Below, piece after piece: positions 13,851 through 25,960 of a DNA stretch of 64,000 bases. The translations under genes and the position numbers were made by a program. The stretch spans positions 5,743,909-5,807,908 of the forward strand of contig CM074804.1 of assembly GCA_037447605.1 (NCBI GenBank). The letters run 5' to 3'. Under the pieces are notes generated by a model. That model did not search any database, was not told where the DNA came from, and saw only the letters and a list, made by a program, of their open reading frames with translations. Numbering within the stretch: the first letter of the stretch is position 1; every line of letters begins with the position of its first letter. The DNA is from Zygnema circumcarinatum SAG 698-1b (lineage: Eukaryota; Plantae; Zygnematophyceae).

Positions 13851-14744
13851 CCGTACCGTACGGATCGCGGCGACCGAGGCTCGGACTCGCGACTCCCGAC
13901 TGTCCCGAGCCGGACCGTACACGTGAGGCGGTCAACGGCTCAGACCGCGAGCGTTGAAAATCAACCGACGGAGCAGTGCAGTCCGCGGGCCCACTTGGCC
14001 CGCGCATGTGCCCGCCCGCCCGCCCGCCCGCCGGGGAGGGGGAGGGCGGGCCGCCGGCCAGGGCGGTCGGTCGCGGGCCGTTCACAGTTACCGTACGTTT
14101 CGTACTGTAACGCGAAAGGGGTCTCAATCTCGGGAGAAAACCGTAGAAATCGAACTCCGTACATTGCATCTTTGGTTTCACATACTGAACACTACCAATT
14201 CCAATTTCAAACGTGTCCCGCACCGCATCGCGATTCGCGAAAGCTCAGATCGCTCCCCCCCGCCCCCCCGTCCCCGACGCGCATGTAGGAACCCGGCGCG
14301 GCGAGCAGGGCCGTACGGTACGGCCGCGCGGCCCGCCGGTCCGGGCCCCCCCCAGCGCGCATTGCCCGGCGGGGCGCGCGGGCGTAACGGCGCGGCGGGC
14401 GGCACGTGTCAGCGCCGCGCGGGCCGTTGTGCGCCGCCGCCCCCGCCCGGCTGCGGAGGCTGGCACTCGCCGCCCGGCCGTACCGATACTGTACGGCCAC
14501 AGATACGCCAGCTGGAAAGGCCGATACCGGCGGCGGAGCGGCGCCCGGGGGGCCTTCATTGGCCGCAGGACGCGCCTCATTTGTCTGTTTGCATCCGGAC
14601 GCGGTGGATAGTGATGTCATGCTGACGCGTGGTGCGGCGAGAGGGACCGGCTCGCAGCGTCCGACGGCCACGTCACCCCCGGGCCGCCGCCCCGCGTGGG
14701 GAACTGGGGGGGGGAGGACCGGCTCGTACGGTACGGTACGGTAC
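13851..14744. promoter_or_regulatory. Cluster of 14 GTAC cores (mostly CCGTAC/CGGTAC), SBP-box/CuRE-like
   Basis: GTAC at 13853, 13858, 13917, 14093, 14102, 14159, 14313, 14318, 14480, 14491, 14726, 14731, 14736 and 14741, immediately upstream of the orphan ORF. Confidence 0.45.
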
Positions 14745-14909
14745 GGGACTGCCGCGCCTCCGGAATTTGTGCCGCCTCTGCGCCGCGCCGCGACGGAGGG
14801 AGGGGACGGGAGGGGAGGGGAGGGGAGGGGAGCGGAGGGGGCCGAGGGCGAGGGAGAGGGAGGGCAGATGGAGAGGCGCGCTGGGGAAGAAGGGGGGAGG
14901 AAAGGCGAG

Positions 14910-15845
14910 ATGGCCATGGCTCCGGCGTTCTGCTCGGGGTGCGGTACGGAGAGGGGGCCGAAGCAGGCGGTGTGCGCGCGGTGCAAGAAAGACTTCAGGT
15001 ATCTGACAGAGGTGAATGCATACCCCTTCATGGTGGCGCTGCGGCGGCACCTCCTGCGCGGGCTGACCCCCACGCCCAGCGGCGTGCTGACGTTGGTGGA
15101 GGAGAACGTGCCGCTGGAGGTATTCGAGGCGCTGTTCGCCAAGTTTGGGCGCGAGGCTGAGGGCCTCACGTGGGCCACGCCCGCCATGGCGCGCAAGCCC
15201 TCCATGGATTTCAGTGGCAGCGGCGCGCAGCCCAGTCCGCGCGGCGGCGCAGGCGAGGGCGTGTCCGTGTCCGTGACGCGCGTGGTGTGGCGCAAGACGG
15301 AGCTGGACGCCATCTGCAAGTTCCAGTCCGTGGACCCCCAGCGCGCGCTGGGCGCCGCGCTGCTCTTCCCGGAGGCGCTGGGCTGCGCGGCGGTCATCCC
15401 GCCCCTCTTCGTCACGCACACGCGCTGCGCCGACGGTTCGCAGGCCATGACGGTCCGCTTCAGCCACGCGTTCCTCAACTCCGCCGCGCGCATCTTCCAG
15501 CCGCCCGAGCACTGCCTGGACCTGGCCGTGTGGGGCGCGCCCTCGGTGGTGGCGGACCCGCAGAGCTACATAGTGGACAGCGTCGCCGCGTACCCCTCCG
15601 AGCTGCGCGCGCGGGGCGTGAGCGTGCCCGAGCAGGTGCTGCGCTCCGCCACCGCCATCCTCAACTCGCGCCACCGCGCGCCCGACCCGCAGCAGGAGCA
15701 GCAGTTCAAGGCCGCGCTCGACATGTGGGCCGCCAAGGCCAAGACCGCGCACGCCTCCTGGGACCACCGCAAGGCCGCCAGCCCCGCCTCCTCCTCCTCC
15801 TCTCCCAAGTCGCTGGACGATAGCCCCCGGGAGGTCCTCTGCTAG
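14910..15845 (+). CDS. Intronless uncharacterised protein (~311 aa) with N-terminal CxxC-x10-CxxC zinc ribbon
   Basis: Long open frame (track ORF 14406-15845) with strongly C/G-ending codons. Likely start MAMAPAFCSGCGTERGPKQAVCARCKKDF at 14910, with an alternative ATG near 14868. No family recognised. Confidence 0.7.
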   Translation: MAMAPAFCSGCGTERGPKQAVCARCKKDFRYLTEVNAYPFMVALRRHLLRGLTPTPSGVLTLVEENVPLEVFEALFAKFGREAEGLTWATPAMARKPSMDFSGSGAQPSPRGGAGEGVSVSVTRVVWRKTELDAICKFQSVDPQRALGAALLFPEALGCAAVIPPLFVTHTRCADGSQAMTVRFSHAFLNSAARIFQPPEHCLDLAVWGAPSVVADPQSYIVDSVAAYPSELRARGVSVPEQVLRSATAILNSRHRAPDPQQEQQFKAALDMWAAKAKTAHASWDHRKAASPASSSSSPKSLDDSPREVLC

Positions 15846-16809
15846 TTAGGCCGGCAGGGTAAAGGCAGCCATGGAGCCGCGCACGGGCCGGCCGGCGCGT
15901 GATCGCGCGGTAGGTTTGGAGATCAGAGGGCGCAGGGCTGCGAGCGGAGCGTGAGAGAGATGGCGGCATCGCCCTGCTGTCCTCCTCCTCCTCCTCCTCC
16001 TGCGGGCGGTGCTGCGGAGAACAGAAGCGCGGGCAGCTCTCCTTCTGCAGCGCATGTACCGCGCCGTAGCAGTGCTGGTACGGCGGACCTGCAACTTCCC
16101 GCGTTCGCTTGCTTGTGTTTGCTTTGCTTTGCTTGCGGTTCTGCTTGCTCGAGTCGTCGAGTGACTAAGTAAACTCGTTTTTGTTTTAGAATGGACGCTG
16201 ACATCGGGAACTTGCGGGGGCGTGCAGGAGCTGGCACGTGGCTGTGTGCTGGAACCTGGACATTTTTTCATGCCTTCATCCATTTTTTTTGAGTCAAGCG
16301 AGGCAGACGGATCCTCGACCGTAATAACTAGTTATGTGACGAGGAGAAAGCATTTTATACCGTTCAAGCTCTGTTATCTATCCCATTTTTTTTTTGTCGG
16401 CGGGAGAAGAAATGCTCTAAGCGCAAGCAAAAGGACCATGCATGATGATGTACATAGGCCCGTGTGTATGCAGAACTTTTGTGCATGAGGTTTAGTCTCC
16501 CGTCAAGCTTCAATTATAGCTGAATTTTGTGGGCAATTTACTAAATTAGGCTTGTCGCCTGTGTATCATAATACCTCATTCATTTTAGTGGCCAGTACGC
16601 AGCGCAATAAGCGCTTTTTCAGGCAATGAAAAGCATTAGCCAGACGCCATTGCGTAGTTTTGAATGTCATCTCCAGTGGTGTCCTTGAACCATGCTTGCG
16701 CGCGCGCGTGTGAGGGCGAGGTCCAGGGCTGCAGTCGCAGTCCACGTTGTTGCCACGTGTCAAGACGAATTGAGATGAATTTTCAATCCCCCGTTTTGCA
16801 ATATCAGAA

Positions 16810-17345
16810 GTTGGCGAGACTGTCGGTGCTCCCATCATCCCTGCGAACAACAACACGGGTCGTAGTCTGCTGGGGCTTGTGCGCCACGACCGCATGTGCT
16901 GCTGCGCCATCGTGCCATGGCGACTCGCGAGTCGCCGTGTCTCGCACACCATGTACAGTTGCGACACGGGTTCATTTCCATGGCCATTGAGATTGTCAAT
17001 TGCCCCACCGCCCGTTTCGATGCCTCTCTTTGGCCGTGCGCCCGTCGCCCCTTGGCGATGCACGCGCGGCCCGGGAAGCAACCCCCCTCTGGCCACGCTC
17101 AGAACCTTTTGTCCCCTTCCGCCGCACTACAGCGTCGCCTCGCTCGCCTCGCCTCGCCTCCCGTCTCCTTCGACGCGCCTCGCTCGGTGGTTGTTGGGGA
17201 CCGTCCGGTGACCTTCGCGTCGTCGAGCCTAGAAGCAAATTTGAGCGCATAGCTTTTTCCTTCCGCCCTGAGGTCCGCCCTCTGCGACCGGCTGGTTCCT
17301 CGTGGTTCTCCATGATGAGCCTTTGGCGGCATCGCGATGGCGATT
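16810..17345 (+). mobile_element. Degenerate 3' fragment (RLE end and 3' UTR) of the CRE-like retrotransposon
   Basis: FISMAIEIVNC matches FVPMAIEIFGC at ~27285. The DNA segments gtgcgccc...gatgcacg...cccgg-aag, cggtgaccttcgcg and ctcgtggttc are collinear with 27340-27660. Confidence 0.65.
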
Positions 17346-17729
17346 AGCGCCCGGCGCCAATCCTAATCCTGCCCCTTCGGCCGCGCCCTTCAATGTCGCG
17401 TCGCGTCGGTCGCAGTTTTGGATAAAGGCGCCAGCGGGCCCGCCCGCCCGCAATCCGTGCACGTGCGCCGACCGTACCGCCCGTCGGATCCACCGCCCTC
17501 CCCCGTACGGGCGGGCCATTATGGCCGTGTACAGTACGGCAGTGCCATGCTCGCTCAACTGGTACAAGAGCAGTTCAGAGCGACGGGACGGACACCCCAT
17601 GGAGCTCGAGCCGCGGCGTCGCCCGCCAAGCGCCAACGCGGACGGTGCGCATGCGGCACGAGCGCTCCCCTCCAGGTGCCACGTGGCAGGCGGCGGGGGC
17701 ACTCCTGCAGCCTCGCCTGGGAGGGGCGT

Positions 17730-17760
<31 letters not shown>

Positions 17761-17797
17761 CCCGCCTGCATGGCATGCAGGGCCGGCGGGCCGCGCC

Positions 17798-20339
17798 ATG
17801 GCGTCTGCCCGCGTGGCGCGGGGCCTTGCGCTGGAGCCGCCTGGAGCCGTCCAGCAGGAGCGGCTTTCCTCGATCTTGGACGGGGCAGCGATGTGCGCCG
17901 TCGTTCCTTCCTTGCAGCGGCGGGCGGCATGGCTTGCCGGCGTTGCAAGGCCTAGCTATGCGCGGGAGCTGCAGGACACGCGCGCGTGCTCGAGTGGAGG
18001 TTGCAGGACGCTGGCAGGGTGGAAGAGTGGCATTGGAGGCCCAGAAGGGCGATTCATTTGGTCGCCAATATTGAGAGGGTACAGCGCCAGGCCGAAAAGC
18101 ATGCAGGCGGGCTGCGCGACTCCTCAAGGCACTGAGAAGTATGCGAAGAAGTTTGAAGGCACCGCAGGTTGGAATCCGGCCCTTCAATCGCTGTGACAAG
18201 CAGCTGAACATGCAGACTGCTCGAATGTGTTCACGGCTTCTCCATCCGAAACATGGGATCAAAACAGCAGCCGAAGCAGGACGCCCCTCATATAGTGGAC
18301 GAATAGGATGTCTCACTGTGAAATGCTCTTTCTAATTGTGGAAAGCGACAGCTTTGACTTTGGATACGTCACAATGAAGCAGTCAACGCATTATAAACAT
18401 TGTATTCTCATTTTTTAAATTCGAGCTTGTTTGGGAAGGAAGCGAGGGAATGGCAATGTCAATGTTGTGAGGCGATGGGACGCCGAGAACACTTCCCCTG
18501 TGTTCAGAGGTCGCATTGCGCAAAAAAATAAAAAAAGACACCCCTGTTGATGTTTGTCATCTAGGTTTTGCAGTTGCAGTCCAAATGAGACGATTTGCCT
18601 TCCTTCTCTGATCTTTTCTCTTTGCAAATAGAGTTCACTGACCTTCACAGGTGAAACTAGGTAAAGCTACTTCAAGGCATTAACCTCAGTAGGTTATAGG
18701 TTTCAATAACGCTGATTCTGCAGCCTTGATTGACCCCTAACTTACTTTCATCCTGAATATTGAGTTGCACACAGGGCCAGAACAGTTTCGGAAGCTTTGG
18801 TCGCCCAAGGCGGATGGGACGCTGGCTATGTCCTCGGTGGGGATGGGAACCTACCTGGGTCCCGACAGCGATGAAGCAGACAAGGAATATGAAGCGGCAG
18901 TCACACGTTCCTTGGAAGTCGGCATTAACGTTCTTGACAGGTATGCGCTTGCACTGATTTATGCACCCGCTTCTCAGAAAGCATTGTAATTTGCCAGTGG
19001 AGCGGGTAAACCTCATGAAACATTACTGCAAACTAAGTTTCAATTCTATGTTTGTGTCTGGTTATGGGAATTGCGTTCAGTTCTATTAATTACCGAAACA
19101 TGCGATCGGAGCGTTGCATTGGGCGAGCGATTCGTCGGCTTTTTGAGACCAACATGGTGCAGCGAGAGCAGGTGGTGGTCTGCACAAAGGGCGGTTTTCT
19201 TGCTTTTGAAGAACTACAACCGCGTCATCCCGGAAAGTGGATCGAGCAGACTTTTGTAAATACTGGGATCATGCAGTGGTCCGACTTTGCAGCCGGCTGC
19301 CACTGCATGGCACCCCTATATCTTGCAGACCAGGTGATTTTTGCAGTCGTTATTTCCTCAGGTTATTTGCTGTTTGCTCGTTCAATGGCGTTATTGTTGT
19401 TGCTCTGTTCTGATGCATGTACAGAGCGCATGAGCCTCGGGATTTATTGAAAGAAAGTCATGTGGAGTTAGGTACGGATGACGCAGATTGAGCGCAGTCG
19501 GAAGAATCTCGGCCTAGACACCATTGATGTGTACTACATCCACAATCCAGAAACACAGCTGTCGGAAGTGTCTAGTACGGAGTTTGAATCACGGCTGCAC
19601 AAAGCATTTGGGGCATTGGAGGATGCCTGTGAGAAGGGCAAAGTAGGAGTGTATGGAGTTGCAACATGGACAGGCTTCCGTGTACGACCTGGTGCTCGGG
19701 AACATCTATCTCTTGAAAAGCTTGTGGAAATAGCACAGAGTGTCGGTAAGTTCTTGATACGTGATGTAAATTGGGCGCAGATTTTCAGCTTTTTTTTTCT
19801 CAGTCGTTTGTATAACCCGTGAGTCTTTTCATGATTTCGCCCAAGTGCAGGAGGGGACAATCATCATTTTCGTGTGATCCAGGCACCATTCAATCTGGCC
19901 ATGCCGGAGGCGGCTCGTGTTGCCACCCAAGTGGTGAATGGCCATGAGATGCCCCTTCTGCAGGCTGCAAAGGAGTTGGGGATATACTTTGTAGCATCTG
20001 CTTCACTTATGCAGGTATCCGCCAAAAAGTCCTTGTAGACGTGCGTGTGTAGTTCTGCTACCGTGGTTTCCGTCTAGTTCTCATACACGTTTAGCTCCCT
20101 CTTTGTTGGAGCAGGCACGGCTCTGTAGAGAGCTCCCTCCTTACGTTCGGTCCGCCTTCATGGAGTTAGGAGCATCTGCAACCAATGCACAGGTAGCACT
20201 GCAGTTTGTGCGGACTACCCCGAACGTTGGCACGGCGCTCGTGGGAATGCGTCGCCTGGCAAATGTCAATGAAAATGCCGCGCTAATTGTCAGCCAGCCT
20301 GCAGACTACCGCAACTACCTAAGCCTCCCTCCCACATGA
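17798..20339 (+). CDS. Aldo/keto reductase, prokaryote-type subfamily, with N-terminal transit-peptide-like extension
   Basis: Six exons at about 17798-18167, 18775-18940, 19081-19333, 19484-19746, 19848-20013 and 20113-20339. Motifs: GCATPQGTEKY, SSVGMGTYLG, GINVLDSSINYRNMRSE, VVCTKGG, SRKNLGLDTIDVYYIHNPE, YGVATW, IQAPFNL, ALQFVR...TALVGM. The exact start is uncertain (17798 or 17891). Confidence 0.88.
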
Positions 20340-20819
20340 GGGGGTTGGGGGGAGTGTGCGGCTGGAACGGTCAATGAAAAGAAGGGCATTGATAGCAGTT
20401 GGTTGGGACTGGAGTGCCAGAACTGTGTACTGTATATGTAGCCAGACAACAGAGGTTGAATTCCTTCGTGAAGGACAGTAGGCCTGTAAGGCAGTGGCTT
20501 TTGAGTATGGCTTGTCTTGGCTTTTTTGTGGCTCATCACGAGACGCCCAATGAGTTTTTTGTTGTGAGTATACGCATTATGACAGCACGCTTGCACAAAA
20601 AGACAAGAAAGAAATGGCAAGTAGAAAACGCACCACGAACAACTCGTAGCAGAATTGCTATTAGCCAATTGCCTAACAGAGAACGCGATTGCTTGTCGCA
20701 GCGCGATGACAAATGAATGGTGAGGGTGGCGATCCACGCATTGATTGCCACTGTTGCCGCGTGCCTCAGCCTGCCTTGGCAAATGTCCTTCGTTTTAACA
20801 ATCTCCGGCGGCTGCTGGC

Positions 20820-23800
20820 TTACTTTAAAGCCTTCACCCACGTGAGCAAGGAGAACACGTCCCGCCGCTCTGAAATGCGCTTGGCAAAGGTGGTGCTGTC
20901 CTTAGGAAGGAAGAGAAGCGTTGGAAAGCTCTTCATCTGAAGGTTGGCCTTTGCAAACTCCTTCTCGTCCTTGTCAGCCTGCCATCCTCCAACATGCCCG
21001 AGTTCCAAACGTCTCATAAATTACTGCAGGTGGAACCCATGTATCCACAAGGTTGCAAAAAGTGGCTGCGGAGAAAGTAAAGAACTCTTTGGGAAGGAGA
21101 GCAAGAGCTCAATTCAGAGAATGATCTCTCAATTCAAGTCTTGTTGGGTTAACCCCGTCCTCCCCCCCCCCTTCCGCCCCTTCACCCTTTTCCTCCTCTC
21201 TCCCATACACGTGCAAAGTTGTTCACCTGGAACTTGGCAACACGGACACCAGAACCAACCAGTTGTACTGCCACTTCATTGTAGGACGCCTCCATCGCCT
21301 GACAATAGGGGCACCAGGGTGCATAAAGTACCTGTAAAAACAGGTTTCGCAACGGTTTTTAGTAAAAACGGTACTGCCACTAAATAGTGCTTCCTAAGTT
21401 TACAACTTTATGTGAACTATCGGCCCAACAGCAGAAGAATGAAGCGGGACGAGATGAAACTGAAACTTATTATTCGGAGTAAACGGGTTTCGTGGAATTT
21501 CTGTTGTTTCGAGTTCATGTTGAGGAGATGCCAATGAATTTGGCAGTCTTTGGACTGAGAGGGAACAGGTGCAGGGTGCATAAAGTACCAGCAACCACGA
21601 TTCTTCACGTGGCTCCGCTGAAAGAACAAGCTGTGGGACACACAAAAATAAAACGAGTTGTTTATCCGGCGCAACTGATAAGAATCAATGGGTAGATTGG
21701 GTTGCAGATTTAAACGTTACAACGGTAACAAACAATAGGCGATACATCAACATTACCTCAGCGATAAGCTCTCAATCTCCGTAAGTGCAAGTATGCTATG
21801 CTCGATTACAACCCTTTTGACAAATTCCCTGCTTGTGTCCACGTAGACTGGCTTTCCTACCATGAATAATAGCGAACCATATTGCTGCCGCAATATTGCT
21901 CTACTCCGTGGACTGAAAAATTTACGACTGACGATAGGACTGAACGTTCACGTTTAGAAAACCAATTCAACAAATATTGCACGCGTCCAGATTGGGATCG
22001 CCTGGAACGGAAAGTGGCGGCCGTACTTGACTTGCTGGTTAACTGGTTGACCACGCAATGGGTGTTTGTAAGGTGATGTAAAGCTAGCAATACAGAGGTA
22101 CATACCTCCTCAACATCTGCACGAGAAAGTTTAGTGACTGCAGGGTCCTCGAAAAGATCCCGAAGCGCAATCCCTTCGTTCTTGTCAGCAGAGCTGCTGT
22201 ATCCCACATCTACTGAGGCACTATCTGAGCCAGGCTCTGAAGAAGCCTTATGCAAGCCACACTCCTTCGCAGTGGAGTCCTCCCACCACCACCTGCATAC
22301 TCAGGATGACTCAGGATTAAACACCTTCGTTGCAACAGTCCTAACCACCTTGAGCAAATTTCGACTCATTCTCAATAGACATGGATAGGTCCAACGACGA
22401 TCTTTCCATGCGAGAAGCTCGAGATATACTAAAGTCCACAAAATGGCATATCAACCTTACCTGCAAGCTTCATCAACTGTTTTTATCAGCCCTAGTGACT
22501 CGCTACTTTGCAATTGACTGCGCTTTGCTCTAACCAACATATCAAAAATGTATGGTAGTTCAGTGAAGCGGCAACCATGTTTTTAAAAGCAAGAACCGTC
22601 CAATTTTTTTTTACCTGCCTTCTCTCTCGTGTTGGTTAGGAAGCACCGCCTTTGTGCAGGGCTCACAGCCAATTGAGATAAAGCCTCGCGCGTGCAGCTC
22701 GTTTGTTGGTACCTCCATTGTCCTCAAAAAATCCCACACTTCGAGGCTGCTCACATTAGCCAGCGGGTTGAACTTGACCAGGCTCCCTTTGCCACCGTCC
22801 AGCCCCTCAAAGGCCGGATCCACTTGCGCCACGGGAACGTTCGCCCTCGTGCCGGGGCTCTGGTCCTTGCGCTGCCCCGTGATCCACGCCCTCAGGCCCC
22901 GCAGGGCCTTCTGCACAATGCAACATGGAAACGAGAGGCGACTGGTATAGTCAGACCTGCTCTCAGAATGGCCTGCTGCAATCATACCACTCATGTTATA
23001 TCAGCAATTACTAGGGAGTTTCAGTTATACGAGAGGTTGTCAAAAGAAATAGTGTAGTTGGAAGACAATGTTGGCCAGTGCAAAAAGGTAAGGACGCAAG
23101 CGAACAAGAAGGAGCTAATAAGACGTGTCAAAATGCTTGCTGCAATTTCATTCGTATGCCCACCTTCAGAGGCTGCACTTTTCGAATGCCGCAGCACTCT
23201 TGATGACCATCCTCATAGAAGGAAAACATGCCCTTTTCACGAACAAGGTTTTGTACAGCTGTTGCATCTGGAAATGTATACTGCCCATAAAATAAGCCAG
23301 CATAGAGCATGTGAGTCTCCATGCACTCATCAGGCTAAGACTCAACAAATAATTGCAGTGTAGAAATTATTAAACCGAAATATGTGTAACTAGACACGAG
23401 ACTCCACGTGGACTAGCCCAGACAAACCCAAAATTAGCCGCGTCATTGAGCAGACATCACATACTCGCAAACTAGGATACGAACGAAAACTCCCTTCAAT
23501 AATTGACCAAACAGAAAGTAATGCTCTGAAAAGCTGAACACTATCCACAAATGTCTGCACTAATCTCATGAAAGCGACGACTCGGTAGGTAGTAAAAAAA
23601 ACCCATGGAGGCCATTCCATTTGCTACTTTTATTCAAGAAAGCAATAACTCACCTCAATTCTAATGCCATAATGCTGCTCAACCTGCACACAGCACAAAA
23701 AAATGGATCGTAAACTTTACTTGAGTAAATCAATAAATCAAATATCTTTCCCGAAAAGCGTTGAATTTAGATGCCTAGCACAGAAAATCTAATTCATTGC

Positions 23801-24557
23801 TAATGCGACGTAATTGCTGAGTACCCGTCAAACTGTTTCAAAAGGTTTGAAAAAACGGCTGAAGCGAGAAAAAACTTCAGAACAAGCATGTCTGCCTTTT
23901 AAGGCAAGCGACGAAAGGCCTCCTCACCTTATCAAATAGCTGGTAGGTCTCTGGGTTAAGTCGCCCTGTGTCAAGGCTGAACACTCGAAATGGCCGTCCA
24001 GTGAGCTTAGCATATTCAATAAGTGCAACATCCTCCGCACCGCTGAATGCAATAGCAACATCATCTCCGTACAACTCAAGAGCCTGCAAGACGGCAGCTT
24101 TAAAGTCAGCCAATGAAAACAACCAAAAGTGAGAAGACGGATAGAGAAGGCAACCGGACAGGCAGCGGGAGATGCATGTCAGTGTTATGATAAAATATGA
24201 GCTCCTGTATAAAGGGAGAGAAGACTACACAACCTAATCCTATTCTCAGACCTTATTCATGATGGCGAACGGAGACTCGTTCTGCAGCTCCAAGCTGAGC
24301 TGGCTGATGTCAGGAGCTGCCACTTCCGTAGCCACCGCGCACACGACGGCGCTTCCATTGCTATTCAAGCGTAGCTGCCGCCCTTTGCTCCCTTGCGCAG
24401 GCAAACTCCCCCTCCGCAAACCATGACCGCCGAGAGTTTGGAAGCTGCCTAGAAGAAACGAACTCCGCGCGGAGCCCCCTGCACAAGCGCTCCGATGAGC
24501 GAGAGAGGATGACGACGCGGTCGCCGCTCCAAACGCGCTACGTATCGCAGCCGCCAT
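20820..24557 (-). CDS. APR: Adenosine 5'-phosphosulfate reductase (plant type, Fe-S reductase domain plus C-terminal thioredoxin-like domain), plastid-targeted
   Basis: Transit peptide [10 protein letters not shown]. Motifs: [33 protein letters not shown] (CC), [24 protein letters not shown] (CxxC), HEREGRWWWED, ECGLH, and Trx domain [13 protein letters not shown]...SFPT. Stop at 20820-20822. Confidence 0.96.
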
Positions 24558-25799
24558 GGCCTATGCTCCGACGGATGGCAGAGCCTTGTACACTACAGGA
24601 GTGAGGAGCGACTCTGCGGGAGGAAGGACCCACTCCCCTCTCCTGCCCTCTCCCCTCCTCTCCCCCCTCTCCTCTCCACTCCTCCCCTCTTCTCCCTCTC
24701 CTCCCTCTCCTCCCTCTCCTCCCTCTCCCCCCCGCGGGCGGCCGTGTCTGCTCGTGGCGGGGAGCGGAAGGCGCTGCGGGCCGCACGCTGCGGATGGGGC
24801 CGCGCCACGCCGCTCCGTGTAACGCTGCCCAGTTGCATGGTGGACGGAGCAGCAGCCATGGAGCGGCGCCTTAACGACGGCCGGCCGACGACAGTAACCA
24901 TGCTGTGCGCGCAGGGCCAGTTCCGTAACGCGTGGGGCTCCTCGGTGCCACCGTTCTGTGGGCAGTTTTACCGTACAGTACGGTGCCACGCCATAGAAAA
25001 CGAGGTGGCCACTGCCATCACGCCATGCCATGCCATGCGGAATGAACATGGACGAACGTGGACATGGAGGAATGAATGGAGGGAGGCGAGGCGAGGCGAG
25101 GCGAGGAACCAATGTGGATCGAAAGAAAAGGCTGAAGGGAGCCGAGTTGGAGACCGTCCGTGTCTTTGTGGTGTTCTTCGGCCTAGAAGCAGCTCGGCTC
25201 GTACAGGGGCGGATCTGCATGTGCAAGTTGGATGGGCTTATTCCCCCCTTCAGGTTTAAAAAATCAACTTTTTATTTTATTTTATCTAACTACTCGATGT
25301 AGTTGTTCCTGGATCCTTGATCCACCACAGCGCTTACAGCCTTTCTTTCATTCTCAGGAAGGGATGTGGCATTGATCTCACGATGGCGATGCCATGATAT
25401 GTACGTGGACAAAATTCATCATGGGGAACCACGAAGAGCTGGTCACCAAGGACCCAAGCACAAAGGAAAAAGGCGAGGAGCGGAAAGCCACGCCTCGGCT
25501 CAACACCGCTTCAGGCCCTCCCTCGAAGCAGCCGCGACGGTCACCGATCGCTGTGCGGCACATCGCATGCCATCGCGCGGAGTGAACAACTACTGTAACT
25601 GTAACTGCACGAAGCGGTCGGCGAAGGAGGCTGTACGGCGCTGCAAAGCCGGAGCCGCCGTACAGGGAACAGGCGAGGGCGATGGAATACAGTACCACAG
25701 GTCGGACCATTGCGTCAACCATTGCAATGGTTGCGAACCATTGGATCGCGGGCCAGCCAACCATTGCCAATTGTTCCGAACCATTGGATGCAATGGTTG

Positions 25800-25960
25800 C
25801 ACATCGGTGACTTTCGCGGCTGCCTCTTAAGTAGGCTGCGTTGTTGAGAGTAGGAGTAGCTTTCCGCTCCTAAGCTTTATTGTTTCGACCTAGGTCCTTT
25901 GCGACCATTTCCTCGTGGTTCCCATCTCCACGTACATTTGATGCAATCGTGAGATCAATG
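25800..25960 (+). mobile_element. 5'-truncated CRE-like retrotransposon 3' end (copy A)
   Basis: cacatcggtgac-ttcgcggctgc...ggtccttt-cgacc...tcgtggttcc...atcgtgag-tcaatg aligns with 27540-27712. Confidence 0.75.

Noticed and set aside
14207-15767. Long minus-strand ORFs (428 aa, 364 aa) over the orphan gene
   Set aside because: Antisense shadows of a GC-rich coding region. They are low-complexity R/A/G/P-rich, and the codon bias fits the plus frame.
25366-25700. Short ORFs before the first AACCATT array
   Set aside because: Broken by stops, with no family recognised. They may be a gene fragment, but this is unsupported.
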